Source: Tubulanus polymorphus | Lineage: Eukaryota > Animalia > Nemertea | Length of the DNA: 64,000 nt | Assembly: GCF_964204645.1 (NCBI RefSeq) | Contig: NC_134034.1 | Coordinates: 3,303,814-3,367,813 of the forward strand | Reading direction: 5' to 3' | In this document: one piece after another, positions 33,992-48,142 of the stretch | Numbering within the stretch: the first letter of the stretch is position 1 | How the letters are laid out: each line of letters starts with the position of its first letter | Program-made: the position numbers and the translations under genes | Notes under the pieces: model-generated | What the model saw: only the letters and a program-made list of their open reading frames with translations | Told to the model about the DNA's origin: nothing | Databases searched by the model: none

Positions 33992-35393
33992 GTCCTCTAT
34001 CATACCTCCAACCAACCTCTGATATCAGTACCTACCTCTTCCTCTCTCATCCCTCCGCCCATATCAGAATACCTCCCTTTCTCTAGCCTCCTTTCATACG
34101 TCCCTAGCTCTATCATACTTCCCTATCCCTTCCTCTCGCATTCGCTGTGCCATTTAATGCGCTATGCCAGTAATTTAATCATATTGAATGAACGCTTTAT
34201 GCCCTGGTTTTTAGTCAACAAAGCTTCGCAATGACTGACAACAGTCTGGTGTCTGTCTGGCTGCTAGTTCCCGGCTATATATAGCGTCTATATTAGGCTC
34301 TTCGCAGATCAAGGTACAGTTTTCATGTATGATATTTATATTCTAACGTCGTAAAGATCGATAGTCACATTTACGCTCCAGTTTAAAGAACATGATGCGT
34401 CCATATGATATACACGGGTCCCGAAGTCGAAACTTATTAAAACTTCGAAAGTACTCTAGGGTTGTTCTTTATTGACTAGAACTCAGTGGATCTTTTAAAC
34501 TGGACTTAAGTTATAAGACTATCGAACTGGCCCCAATTGATTTTAAGGCTGATCGAAAGGCCATCGAAATCTTTACCTAACTGATAATGTGCTCCATTTT
34601 CTGGAGTGAGTCAGTTGCAGTTTATGAGATACATTTCTAATCACTTCGGCAAATCTTTATTATACCGCATCAAGAGCGTTAGCAGGATTTTCTTCTTTTC
34701 TTCGGGGGGGGGGGTACATTTTTTGAAAACGTTATTGAAAAATTAGCCTCGATTATACGTAACGCTGTAGTAGCCTAACAATAAACACACCAGAAAAAAA
34801 TGCCACCAGTGAAAATGACAGTAGGAAAAAATGCTACCGATGTTTTGATAAAATGCTACAGATTATTTGCACACTTCATCTATCAACATTACATACAAGT
34901 CCGAAGTATAATTAATCATCTACTGATTATGAATTCAATTTTTTCAACTAGGAATAGATAATTTTACAATTAGATAATTAAGTGTAATAAAACGAACATT
35001 CGTAACATACCACATAAAACAATTAAGGGATAAAAAGATTTAGAATATCAAACTAGAGAGCAATCAGATAGAAAGAGATCGTAAGATGATTGATAATCAT
35101 CGTAGTTTAACTAAGATTTATGTATCGGAATAGCTTTATTTTTTCCTGGTGGCATTTTTCCTACTTTCCACTCATGTGGCATCGTGCGATTAGTACAGGG
35201 ACCGCCCTAACTTAGTTGTGCAATCTGATAATCACACCCACGAGACGTTACAAACGATTTCATAGTAAATAATCCATTTCATTCCATTTTCAATATTAGT
35301 CGAGCGATAAAACAGAATATGCGGCCGAGTAGCACTTTACACTTTTAAGCATCCATCGCCTGGTCTTTTGAGACATACGTACGTAGTCATATA

Positions 35394-35798
35394 TACGGAA
35401 GCGATAAGGGGCCTCGAGATGTCGCGTTCCAACTCGCCAAGTCGCCATATTTATGTCGATATATCGCGTCAAGTCGACATGAATATGTCGACATATCGTG
35501 ACGTTTTGACGACATATTTCGTTTTCACGACCATTTTCCTCGCGACAAGTCGACATATTCATGACGACTTGAAACTCAGTCGTCATATCACTGGTGTCCT
35601 CATCTTACATTAAGACGTGTCTTCAAATGACGGCTTATCCCGTGGAAAATGGGCGAAAAAGCGAAATTTGTCGTGAAAACGTCACGATATGTCGCCATAT
35701 TCATGTCGACTTGACGCGATATATCGCGATATATCGACATAATATGGCGACTTGTCGAGTTGGAACGCGACATCTCGAGGCCCCTTATCGCTTCCGTA
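35394..35798. mobile_element. MITE with TAC..GTA termini and 6-bp TSD (IS3EU-like)
   Basis: TIR TACGGAAGCGATAAGGGGCCTCGAGATGTCGCGTTCCAACTCG; CATATA at 35388-35393 and 35799-35804. Confidence 0.85.
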
Positions 35799-35912
35799 CA
35801 TATACACACTGTCACAGATGAAATGGGCATAATAAAACTCAATTAATGACTGTCATATATACGAAATGTATTTAACGCATTTCGTCCTGTTCTTTCGACA
35901 GAAGAAGAAGAA

Positions 35913-38900
35913 ATGGGAATGTTTCGTTACTCATCGATATGGGTAGTTCTATTCAGTTCCGGTTTTCTGATGACGGCCACCTCGGCGAAAACGATGCGAG
36001 TCGGTAAGTTTTTTAAAGCTTAGAAACCACATTAAATGTTTGATTCGAGTATTTTTCATTGATATCGTAGACAACGACCGACAAAACTACGGAACTACTG
36101 AAGCGATAAGGGGCCTACTATGTCTAGTTTTCGCGTGCCGACTCAAAACGTCGCCATAATTGTGTCGACATATCGTGACGTTTTGTACGGAAGCGATAAG
36201 GGGCCTCGAGATGTCGCTTTCCAACTCGACAAGTCGTCATATTTATGTCGATATATCGCGATATATCGCGTCAAGTCGACATGAATATGTCGATATATCG
36301 TGACGTTTTCACGACAAATTTCGCTTTTTGCCCATTTTCCACGGGACAAGCCGTCATTTGAAGACATGTCTAAATGCAAGATCAGGACACCAGTGATATG
36401 ACGACTGAGTTGTAAGTCGTCATGAATATGTCGACTTGTCGCGAGGAAAGTGGTCGTGAAAACGAAATATGTCGTCAAAATGTCACGATATATCGACATA
36501 TTCATGTCGACTTGACGCGATATATCGCGGTATGTCGACATAAATATGGCGACTTGTCGAGTTGGAACGCGACATCTCGAGGCCCCTTATCGCTTCCGTA
36601 GTTTTGACCACAAATTTTCCTTTGTCGTCATTTGACAAACGAAATGTAAGGCGAGGACGCCAGAAATATGACGACTGAGTTTGTCGCGAGGAAAATGGTG
36701 GAGAAAACAAAATATGTCGTCAAAACGGCACAATACGCCGACATGATTATGTCGACTTGACGCGATATATCTCGATATGTCGACATGATCATGGTGGCTT
36801 ATTGGGTTGCCACGCGACAGCTTAAGGCCCCTTATCGCTTCCGTTTATAAAACGCCTCGATTAATGCTGTTAAATCGATTTAACAAACGCATCTGATGTT
36901 GAATGTCTGTATGTCGATGGTGCAATAATGATATTTTCATAATATACTTTTTTCTGTTATTGTGATATTGATGAGCTGTCAGAACGAGAGATTCCTCGGC
37001 TATCAGAAGAGTTTCAAATCAACTACGTACCCCAACAGCACCTATATTCCCAAATTCAGCCCGTCCTGTGGTACGGAAGCGATAAGGGATAAGGAGCGAT
37101 AAGAAGCGATACTGTGGATCTCATTGCACAGGACTTTCCATGATCTATTACTATACAAGCTCCATAAAAAAATCCAAGTTTTTTCCAAAAGGCGCGTCGA
37201 ATAAGTCATTTATAATGAATGTCCTTGACTTTCAGTCTGTATCGTCACCGATCATTTTCCGAATATGCAAGAACGAGTCGAGTATTTTTGGACCGCGATC
37301 GCGAGAGTTCAAGGTCAGGAATATAATGCGACCAAGCCGTCTATCGATTTTACATTCGTCGATGTCCGGTCAGAGATCAACGATGGAGTCGGTCTCAACG
37401 AAAAGCGTAAGTTCCATATTGGTATTTTATAAACATGCAGTGCTGTTTGATTCAGTAGTGTGCGGGCTACACTAGAAAGGCCGTAGTCCCGCCGTGGATC
37501 AATCCAATAGGGTTTCTATCTCGGGAAACCAAGAACCAAACGAGCAAGATATTTAGATGAATAAAAATCTAATATCGATTTAGATGAATAAAAATCTAAT
37601 ATCTTCGATCACAACTGTGGCGAGTAAGGTCTCCGTGATAGTTCGTCAGGTGTCGCTAGTGGTTACTCGGTAGACCGCAATTCGAATCAGCCTTTCTTTT
37701 ATACATGTATAAGTAAATCAATTATGAGTTAGATCTATACCAAACACTCAATAGGAAAGTCAATCTTTTTGAATTTTGAAGCCTCATTAAAATTTCAATG
37801 ATAATAACATTCGTTAATATTAACGTTAAGTTAATGATGATAATTTAAACCCTAGAAGCCTAAAGCTTATAAACGGAATGAAATATGCTCATTCGCTCAA
37901 ACGGCTCAAATGAATGAATGGGTTTTAAGATTTGATTTGAAAACAGATGGACTACATATCCCAGGTATTTCTGATTACTTGGGCAGAGGCTGAATGCCCG
38001 GGATACCGCACAACTGGCCATAGTAGTGCATTTTAACTGTTTTAAAGAAGATACCCGCAGTGCTACTGTGGCAATCGAGGATTACGTATGGCAGGCGAGG
38101 ATCCGCCAGGTGTCGCCAGTAGATAGTTGGTCGCCCGCGTTCGATTTCTGTTACATTTCAATTAAATTTGAATGAACTTTTCTCTTAAATGAATCATTTA
38201 TTCATGAAAAATATACCGATCTGATTAGACGAATAAAAGTATTCTATATTTGGTGGGTGGCGCTGTAAGAATACATGGATTGGGGAGTCTAGAAAATCCA
38301 GTTTAAAGACCTACTGCTCATCACGCCATCTGGTGGGATAGCTAGTTTTGCGGGTTCCCCGTGTATTCTTATCATTTCCATTACTATAGCGTATCGGTGA
38401 CGTGCTACCCGAATGGATCAAAAACAACCTACCGATTCTTGACTCATCGGAAGACGTTTTTGCGACATTGTTTAATGCGTCGAAAGGAATTTTCGTGTAT
38501 TTTCAATAAATCAAGTTTTGATATTTTCAGTGAAAAAGGTACTGCAAGCAAACTACGACGCCGCGATCGGACCGCCGGTAGAATATTTTCAAAGATACAT
38601 AGGAACGGAATATTTCGTCGTTGGCGACGGGCTACAAGCTAAAGCGTGTCCGTCGTACGATGGAGTACACAACGTTCTGCCGACTTTGGATCAAGCGATG
38701 AGTCTCGTTTTCCCTTTCATTAAATCTACAGAGGACAAGCTTTGTTATGATTTCATAATCATCACGCATAATACAGGTATAATGATGGTATAATTGCTGA
38801 TCTGCGTAACAAATGTGTCCCTGACAGATGCCTGCACTTCGACAGTAAAACGCCATAAACTGCCCACTTTAGTATTTGTAAAGAGGAATGAAACTTTAAA

Positions 38901-41900
38901 TTAGATTTTCTTAAGTTTTTTTTTATATTTTTTATTTATTTTTCAAAATTTTGGAAGTTCGAACCCCGTACATTACCGTAGTGTCCTCGGGCAAGACACT
39001 TATCCTCACCACCTCTCTCCACCCAGGAGTAAATGGGTACCTGGTCTGATAGATGACTCATGAGCCCCCAGTAGTTGCTCGGATGTTATCCCCCCCCCCC
39101 CCCCCAGAGAGAGGTGACTGATGCATAGAATAGAGTTATAGGCTAAGGTTATTTGAACTGGACTCCGTTTGGGATACCTGCGCTATATTAATGACTAATA
39201 TTATCATTATCATAATCATTATCATCATTATTATTATAATTATTATTATTATAATCATTAAGAATAAAATTGAAGTCTAAGTTCAACCCATTGGGCATTT
39301 AAGGTGTTAACATGGTAAAATACCATCAACTGTCCACTAGTTTTTATAAAGATGAGACCGGTAGAATTCAATTTCAAGTTCAAAGCGTCCAAAAGAAATT
39401 CCTAAGCAAAAACTGATGCCACAGAATAAAATCACATAAACAAAAACTGATAAATTACACACGTCAAATGTGTCGAAAGGTTGAATTACTATATGAACTG
39501 TACTGTAGTATCACTATGAGGCCACACAATCAATACCGGTAGCTTGTTTCTTATCAGTTTCATTTTTCTCATTAAAAGATAAATTTTCGTCACTTTTGGA
39601 ATTTGGAATGAGGCTTTTCATTCCTCTCATTTTTTTTAAAGGGAGGTTAAAATAAAAACCTCGTCACGATTCCAGGCACAGGCTGATGAGAAACAACGCG
39701 GGTATTTCTCTGCGTGGCCTAAAACCGTTGAACGGACGGATGTATCACGTTTCAGGTGAGCTCGACGATTTTCTCCACGCGTTCGTCTCGTACTCGGACC
39801 AGTTTCGCGGTTACGAGAAGCTCTGTTTCAAGTACTACCCGCTCGTCACGGGCTGGACGAAAGGGGCGACGATGTATGAAAATATCGACCCTGAAACGTT
39901 CGATCAAGTGAAAACTGCGCGAACTTTCGGAGTGTCGCATATCATCGTATTCTCGAGAATGCCCAACGCTTACCATCCGTTCGAGGCGGTAGGTATATGA
40001 GATATCTGAAATCCGGGATGGGTTGCAACATACTAACAAAAGCGAAGCCAGGATTTTGAAAGGGCCGTTCTTAGATTATAAAAAGGGGACTTTTGGCATG
40101 TTCTATATTTTTGAAAAGCAAGCACCGTAGTTGCGACTCCCGTCTGGGGGCCTCACCCAGAAAATCTATTAAAAACTATTCCCGAAGCATCTAGTGAATA
40201 TTTTACTCACACTCAAACTTGGGGGTCATTGGCATCGTATTGGGTTCCAATTACTGATACTACGGTCAGGGCCCAGTTTCACAAAAAAGTTTAACTCTTT
40301 AATCGATTAAATTTCTTCATTAAAATTCAAATTCTTAAATCGATTTAGGCCTTAATCCTTTTTGTGAAACTGGGCCAAGGACATCCGTTTTGAAATGTTA
40401 CAATTTGAATTAAAAGATTATTCTTAAATAAAATCATGAAGGGCATTTTCTGAAAAGGGGAGTTCGCTCGAACGGACGAACTCCCCCCTGGCTACGGGCC
40501 TGTATTGTTGAAAGCCCAGCTGTGTGATTTTCTTAGTGTGTGAATGTGCCGTTGTCCATGCAGCCCGTTTGATACTTTTTCAGGCAACTAATTTTGACAT
40601 GAACTCGTATCTTTATCGCTGGCTTTATCTGACATATGTGAGTACTGCTTCTTTGTAAATAATGAAAATTATTCAACCTTTGATTCTTCTCGGAACATCA
40701 CTTCGACGATTGAGTTATGCCTATATAGATTTTGTGGCTGTAAATAAAAATATGAATGCGCACTTCGTCGATGTGCAATACGTCATGAATATTGGGTTTT
40801 CAAAATAAGAATTGCGATGGGGTACCGGCACTCACACCAGATGGCGTAACAATAGATTCAGTTAAACCATGGACTCTAAAAACGAATTTCGTTAAAACGT
40901 AGTGACAACTAATACATTTTCAATGAACTTTGAACTGGATTTTAAGGCGCCCAAATGGAAATGTTTTCAAACAAGTCATGACATAGATATGAGATTAACG
41001 TTCCTTATGAGTTTATGTTATGGTTTGACTGAAAATTGACAAAAACAATAAAAAAAAAGTACATTCAAATTCAAAAGAAATGTAGAAGAAATTGAGGTGC
41101 GGTAACTGAGTTACTACTAGCGAACCTGGTGGATCCTCGCCTGCCATACGTTGAATCCTCGATTGCCACAGTAGCGGCGCGGATACCCCATTGTGAATAC
41201 TGAAGCTGGCTAGACTGGTTGCCGGTCGATTCAATTCAATTGTATAATTCAAGTCAAATGCGTACATGTGTTATTTTACCAAGGCGTCACTTAACTTTCA
41301 AGTTAATTTTCTTGTTTACGTATCTTTTAGGAAAACGTTCCTTACAAGTCTTTATCGGCGGCCCACGTCCCCCAAACGAACCCATCGCTGTCATTCCTCG
41401 ATATGTTCAACGATAATCTAGTGAAGGCGTATAACCTGGCCGGATTACAAACGGACCATAAGAGTCGGGATTTTGGATTGTTCGACACGATTCTTACTTT
41501 ATATGAATTTGCCGGCAGACAAATAAGAAGAAAATCGGAAAAGTTTTTTGTATGCGAAAATTTCACTGTTCCATGTTATGATATATCGATCGAAAGATTC
41601 CGTCAAACAATTCCGTCAAATTACAGTTATCTTCAATGACAACCTTCTAATTCTCAGTGACTTCAATGATTCAGTAAAATTATAATTAGTTAGCAATGAC
41701 GGCATTATCATTTCCAATTACTTCAACGATTTGGTAAAAATTATGGTTGACCATCTCATACTCGCTGATTTCAGTAAAATTATGATTAGTAACTGATTTT
41801 CAATGAGATTAATCTGAGGTATTTCGATTCTAGGATGCTAAAGTCGAAGTTAATGGTTTCAGCGGACGATTTAGCTTCTCGCTGATGAACTGTCGCGAGG

Positions 41901-44900
41901 CGCCCGCCGTTAAATATTGCGAAACGGACGCGAATGAAAATAGAACTCAATGTGAAATGACTGATTTAGAGGTAAGAAATGCTTTCCGACCAGTGCAGCA
42001 ACGATTGATGATGGAAAGTTGGGGAAGACCAAAATTCCACTTTAGCCAAAGTTAACTTTTTTCTTTACGATTCAGGACCCAGTTCCACAGTTCTGAATTA
42101 AGTTCAACTCTAGGGTTAACTTAATTGAAAATCAGCTAACTTTAACTCAGAGTTAACTCTAACTCACAACTGTGGAACTGTTTCTAGTACGTTCATGACT
42201 ACAATCAAAGCTCGTTATAACGCCAGTCCCGGGACCGTCAAAATGTTGGCGGTATAACGAAATGACGATCGTGAGAGTTGAAATAGTATACACAACATGA
42301 CTGTTAACCAAATCCAGAATTAGACATCAGTTGATCTTAATCTAGGAAAGGGTAAAAAATGATACAGTAGATGTGTGATACTGCTAACCACATGACTGTA
42401 TCGATTCTTAAACAAAAGACTAGAAACGTCGTTGACGAAAGATCGTTGGCGGTTTAACGAATGATTTTACTATGAGTTTGAATAGGACTGTTCTAGGATT
42501 TCGTTGGCGTTGTGATGGAGGGTGAGAGGTGAAACAACAGGAGCTATTTACCTGTATATGGTCAATGTTCTCCGTTTTCTTAATGATTTCGGTGGTTCTG
42601 TAAAGATCATTACTCTTGACATATTTTTCGTTTCTTTTTTCATAGTACATGGATTGGAATGTACTCGACCAGGCAAACCCGATCAAAATTCTCCCAGATG
42701 ATGGCGTGAAAGTATTTAGTGCTAACCTCGGGCGGATTCTGATAAGACTGGTTAGTATTTGAATTCAAATTTTGACCCGGATATTCGAACACAACCTCCC
42801 AGACGCAGCTTTAAATAAGGCTTTTATAAAGCACCACGTTATATCATATCCTATCACACACCACACCACACCACACCACACCACACCACACCACACCACA
42901 CCACACCACACCACACCATATACTATCATATCATTTCATTTCATATTCATTTTCTGAATAATTTACATGAATGTTTAAAGAATATGTTAGGCTTACAAAA
43001 GGAATGTAATTTATTTGTTTTACACACAGATGTAAAATAACAGCAGGGCAGCCAAAAAAAGAAAAGCTCGTAGTGGTATTAAGCACCCTAAATGGCAAAA
43101 AAGGAAAAACACACACACATATTCATTTAAGACAATTTGGTAATCTTTTTATATCACACGACCCAAACATCTTAAGGAAGCTAGCAGTATTTAGCAAAAA
43201 AGGCACGTAGCGCTGTGCACACACGTCTTAATTGCGCGTGTAATGCTATGTACGAACTTTATAGAAGAAAAAACTGTTACTCTATATTGTAAATGTAACT
43301 GGAGTGGTACCTGCATTTGTATAACTGTATTATGAATCCTGTGCTCGAAAAAATTGTATAATTTCTGGAGCAATAAATTAAATCTGAATCTGAATCTTCA
43401 CACATAATAAATGCATAGCACACACACGCATACGTACACGATATCAGATTTTGAACAATGTTCTCTTATTAGATTCATAGATAGAACCGAGATTTGTAGA
43501 TAGTTTTAAGTTAAGATTTAAGGAATTCCGTTTATCGTCTTTATACAGCTGCCGCCGTTTTTTCTTTTGAACAGGAGCCACCGTTCTTTATCAGATCAGA
43601 AAGCGGCCACGTGAGCGGCATATTATTCGATTTACTCGAAATATACAAGATTTCTATCGACGTCGCGTTTGAATACTTTGAATATTCGTTAGGTGAAGAT
43701 CTTTTGGATAGATTACAAGGTTTTGTGAGTATTTTCCCACGTCAAAACACCCGGTTTTGCGGCAGGTGAAATGCCACCAGAATCCGCTAGATGTCGCTTG
43801 GGTACGGGACGATATACCTTAAGTTCTTGTGTTTCTAAGTCTTTTCTATTTTGTACATTTAAACATTTTAACATTTAAATACATAATTCAAGCAAAACAA
43901 TATACCGGTACTGATAGCTATGGAATTAGGAGAAGCCCAATTGACTTTTAAACGGTCGTAATCCCTCGTCCTTACTCCCACCGTGGACATGGTTCCCTAC
44001 CATGATAAGAATGTGGTCAACGTCTTACTAGTAAAAACGTCGTATTATCTTATCTTTCTTCAAAAATCGAACAGTAATTCTACAGCAATTCTAATTTTTA
44101 GGGGGAGGTTGCGGCTGGAGGCTTTTCCATCGATTTAGAACGGGAGACCATCGTCGATTTCAGCGACCCGATCTATCCGGCGTCGCTGCACCTGGTATCG
44201 AAGCTGCCCGCAGTGGAAAAGAATCGCTGGCAATTTCTGAAACCGTTCGTCAGCACTTTATGGTTGGTCGTTCTGGCGACGATACTCGTCATAAGTATTT
44301 TGCTGTCGTTGTTGACGTTTATAGACTACACAACCGACACGATCTCGTTGGTGGACAGTTTCTACTTCACAGTGGCTCGACTCAGTAGCGGCAGTTCGGA
44401 GACTAATCCTAACGCCATTCCCAGTAGGATCCTCGTCGCCGTTGTAATGTTTTTCGGCATGGCGCTGTCGGCAGCCTATACGGCCAATATGACGGCGTTC
44501 TTGAGACTGAGAGCCGATGACCAACCGATAACGAGTCTCAGCGAATTGATCGAAAGGGGCGAGGGGAATTTCGGCGTCATCGGTTACACCGAAGTTGCAA
44601 AAATATTGTCGAAATCGCAGAAATTTCCCGATATTATTGTTTGGAATATAATACGCCGAACAGGTAACGTACTGCCGGATTTAGAAACGGCCGTTGAAAG
44701 GATCGTCAACGAGAATTTCATACTGATCACCGACACGTTGACGGCGCGGTACGCGGTAGCGCAAAGATGTGATTTAATCGAGCACGAACTGAAGCAGTTG
44801 TACGGATTACGATTCGCGCTCGCTTTGCCGAAGGGTGCGTTAGTAAAACGACCGATCGACGCATTGATCGCCAGCATAAGGGAAAGCGGTGAACAAAAGA

Positions 44901-46072
44901 AAGTGGAGGATAAGTAAGTTACTTCAGTAAAAACACTATCCGCTATCGGTTTAACATTATTGGTGTTGATATTTTTTTCAACGTTCGAGAGTATCAATAT
45001 AATCAATAATTGTTGCGAAATCCCCTACGTATAAGGAGCCTGATTCAATTTCTCGGAAAGATAATTTAGGGTTTTCTGCCAATTCGGTAAGAATACTTAT
45101 TATTAATCCCATGCATAATCATTTTCATATATATTGTTTTTCACGCTTTTTTCGGTCGGTGAAATTCGCCTATCATTCCGACTACTGATCATCAAAGCAT
45201 CGCAGAAATATAAAAATGTCCGACCGCGAAGAACCCTGTACGCAACACTGCCCTTCGAAGTAATTTCGCGAAAAAATGGCCGATTACACCGATTATAATG
45301 TACGAATGATCACGCGTATAAATAGCCCATTCCCTACATACTCTACAAAACTCAGACGACATTGAGATTTCTCATTTACGAGTTTAAGAAAGAGGAAGTC
45401 TCCGAGTATATCCGAATGCGGGTATACAGAAAACCGGCCGCGTAATCGGTGCGTTGCAGCTACATTTTTTGGGATAATGATTCGTGCAGTAGTTGTGCAT
45501 CTAGTTTCGTGAAGAATATAAAGCTAAAACGATTCGAATAGCTGTCATTATTGATAACATAAACGACACTAAATGTCAACTGAGCTGAACATTCGAGTTT
45601 TACTTGTCCTGAAACTTGAGCTGCGAGCTAGTTCCAATTCTTGCGAATTTGGGGAAAACTCTAGTTGATTCTATTTTTGTTCATTTCGTATGAGTATAAA
45701 AACTCAAGCAATCATGTTTCCGAAATGTGGAATTGGGTTCAGGATCAGGGAAAAGAATTTTGTCACAATCGTTGAATTCGATTTTTAGTAACTAACTGTT
45801 CGACTAACAGTCCTTTCGTTCTTTTTTTCAGGTATATGAAACGTCAGTTTCCATGTAACGTTCGCGACGGTTGGTCAAACGAAATATCGAAGACTGAACC
45901 GTTGACGTTTTTCGAAATGTCTGGCGTGTTTTTCACGTTGATTATCGGACTAGCCGTAGCGTCATTTGTAGCGCTTATAGAACATTCGGTATTGCTGTAC
46001 AGACGAGCGAAACTACAGGAAAATGGCGGCGACGACCCGAGTAAACAATCAACGGAACCTGTGCCTCTTTAG
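35913..46072 (+). CDS. Divergent ionotropic glutamate receptor-family subunit with full N-terminal domain, about 819 aa
   Basis: Eleven phase-compatible exons: 35913-36003 (signal MGMFRYSSIWVVLFSSGFLMTATSA), 37236-37406, 38531-38776, 39756-39988, 40584-40637, 41331-41549, 41834-41971, 42646-42750, 43575-43724 (EPPF), 44102-44913 (SIDLERETIVDFSDP, FLKPF, M1, pore, AYTANMTAFL, S2), 45832-46072 (M4 MSGVFFTLIIG). Confidence 0.87.
36186..36600. mobile_element. IS3EU-like MITE nested inside an older copy of the same family (outer element about 36090-36845)
   Basis: Same TIRs as 35394-35798, opposite orientation; GTTTTG TSD at 36180-36185 and 36601-36606. Outer degenerate TIRs near 36096 and 36825-36844. 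Confidence 0.85.
38957..39260 (+). mobile_element. 5'-truncated SINE, family of 4963-5284
   Basis: GTTCGAACCC, GTGTCCTCGGGCAAGACACTT, CCTCTCTCCACCCAGGAGTAAATGGGTACC, (ATT/ATC)n tail. Confidence 0.75.
42857..42918. repeat. (CACCA)n microsatellite
   Basis: Read directly. Confidence 0.95.
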
Positions 46073-46225
46073 AATATCGTTTATACATTGGACAATGTGG
46101 CCAGGATTATCGATTGTATTCCCTTCATACAAGCGTGTGTCCGGATGTATTATTGTGAATATGTTGCATCTCAGTTCCTTATTGGCTCGTCTTCGCCGGT
46201 GTCTTTTTGGTGAAACAAACAATAA

Positions 46226-46690
46226 AGCCTAGCGCACATCGACACTGCGATTGGAGACAACTAGTTGCCAGGCAGTTTTCGGCGCATGAGAGCAACTGGC
46301 TGGATACAATCAGTTGCTCGAATTTGTCGATGTGAGCGAGCTTACGACTGGTTAGCGTCCATCTATCTCCAGTTCCACCCAGTTGCTCATGTTCTACTTT
46401 TGAGCAACTAGTTGTACTCAGTTGCTCTCATATCCGTCGATGTGAGCGCTCCATAATCAACAACACATGGTTGTAACTGACTAAAACAAAGCTATTTGTC
46501 ACGTGACTTGTGATGCCCTCAAGAATATTTGCTAGACCACATCTCAGTTGCTGTCGATGTGTGCGCTATGGACCTAGCGACCGGCATGAGCCACGCAGTT
46601 GCTGGTTTTTACTAAATTTTCGATGTGCGCGGGGTACTCGCTGACTAGCAACTAGTTGTCTCCAGTCGCTTTGTCGATGTGCGCTAGGCT
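46226..46690. mobile_element. PIF/Harbinger-like MITE (465 bp), TAA TSD
   Basis: 19-bp TIR AGCCTAGCGCACATCGACA with TAA on both sides. The left arm has the empty site with a single TAA (near 32729-32731). Confidence 0.92.
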
Positions 46691-47075
46691 TAAGAGCTAC
46701 GTATTCGATGTGTATTTCCTTTTCTTTTTTGTAACTTCGTTTTAGGGAGCGTCCGGAAAAACGTACAACCCCAAAAATCACCGAATCTTCCCGCAACGCC
46801 CCAGGTCGAGGTGCTGGGCGCACTGACATGGATGCGGATACTTGGACGCCGAAACAGGGGCCTGGTGTTTAAAATATGTTAGATCCCAGTATCTAGGTAC
46901 AGATACGAAAATTAGGCCTACGTCGGATACCGAGCCGTCACTCTTGAAAAGTTGACTTTTCTGGGAAAATAAATACGTGACGTTGCCTAAGAGTTTAGCG
47001 TTGTGCGATTAAGGGGGCTATTAGGATATAAGTATGCGCGCAATAAGAGGTATGTGTACTGAGTCTTGAAGGTGA

Positions 47076-47691
47076 TGTTGTGGTCGCGTATATGTAATAG
47101 TGTTGTGGTAATGATTTCTCTCGACGATGTTGACGAGGAGGGACACTCTCTTGGGCCGGATCACAGTCCTTGGTCTTGACTTTCTTACTAGGCTCCCGGA
47201 TGTAACTTAACAATTTCTTAAGTTATCTATTCGTTTATTTTCTCTTACCAGATGTATACAAGATCATTCCCCGTAGCTCTCCCTAAAACCTCTTCTCTCC
47301 AGCCTCTCTCTAAAGCTTTCTTAAACCCTTTTATATTATTTTATATTTATTAACGTGTGCAGGCCCTCTTCCACACATGGCCTGGAATTCATGGATTGTG
47401 ACGTATTCATACGTCACAACATTTTTTCCCATCCATGTATGGTGATGACGTATCTGCACACGTCACAATTATCTATAAATACCCTTTTGCACTCACCAGA
47501 TTTCATGGCCGCGCCATATTAGGTTTACATACGTAGAGACATACGTCAGTTCCAGACTTGTTTACTTGTATAACTTCTATTTATGTTTATGTATGACGTA
47601 CGCATCAACGCAGGTTGTCTGGCAATAACAACACTGGCCATGAACTCCAGCTTCCGTACATTTATCTAAACTACTAACTATCTCCACAACA
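47076..47691 (-). mobile_element. Solo LTR copy inside the right arm
   Basis: TGTTGTGG...CCACAACA with GTGA flanks; same insertion as 31743-32354. Confidence 0.8.
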
Positions 47692-48108
47692 GTGACGTGG
47701 TGAAAAGATTTATACTTTCCTCGAAACATAGTTCGTTCCCACGAAATAATCTTTTCGTTCCTACGTAAAATCTTTTCGTTCCCGCGAAAATCATTTCTTT
47801 CCAACGAAAAGGTTATTTCGTTCCCATGAAAAACAATTCATTCCGTCGAAAAAATCTACGAAACGACTATATTTCGTTCCCACGAAAAAGAAATATTCAT
47901 ATTACACCATTTCATTCATCCATTAGGACTCCGTAGATATAGATGTAAATAAAGGTTTTTAATTTTATATGCGAATAAAGTTTAACCCATTGTAATGTGT
48001 ATTGGCCGCTAGGTGGTACTCTAGCCAGTCTGATTCGCGATATGATCTGGACGACCAGGTACTGTCGATTGTTCATTCCATGACGACTTGTTGTACGGTT
48101 TAGTACTC

Positions 48109-48142
<34 letters not shown>

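Noticed and set aside
33665-34234. Pro-rich 189-aa and ER-rich 105-aa ORFs
   Set aside because: Translations of the CT microsatellite tract.
39676-39755. Longer 5' extension of the iGluR exon (ORF 39686-40000)
   Set aside because: Upstream acceptors give a phase mismatch or stop; the acceptor at 39754-39755 matches the phase-1 donor.
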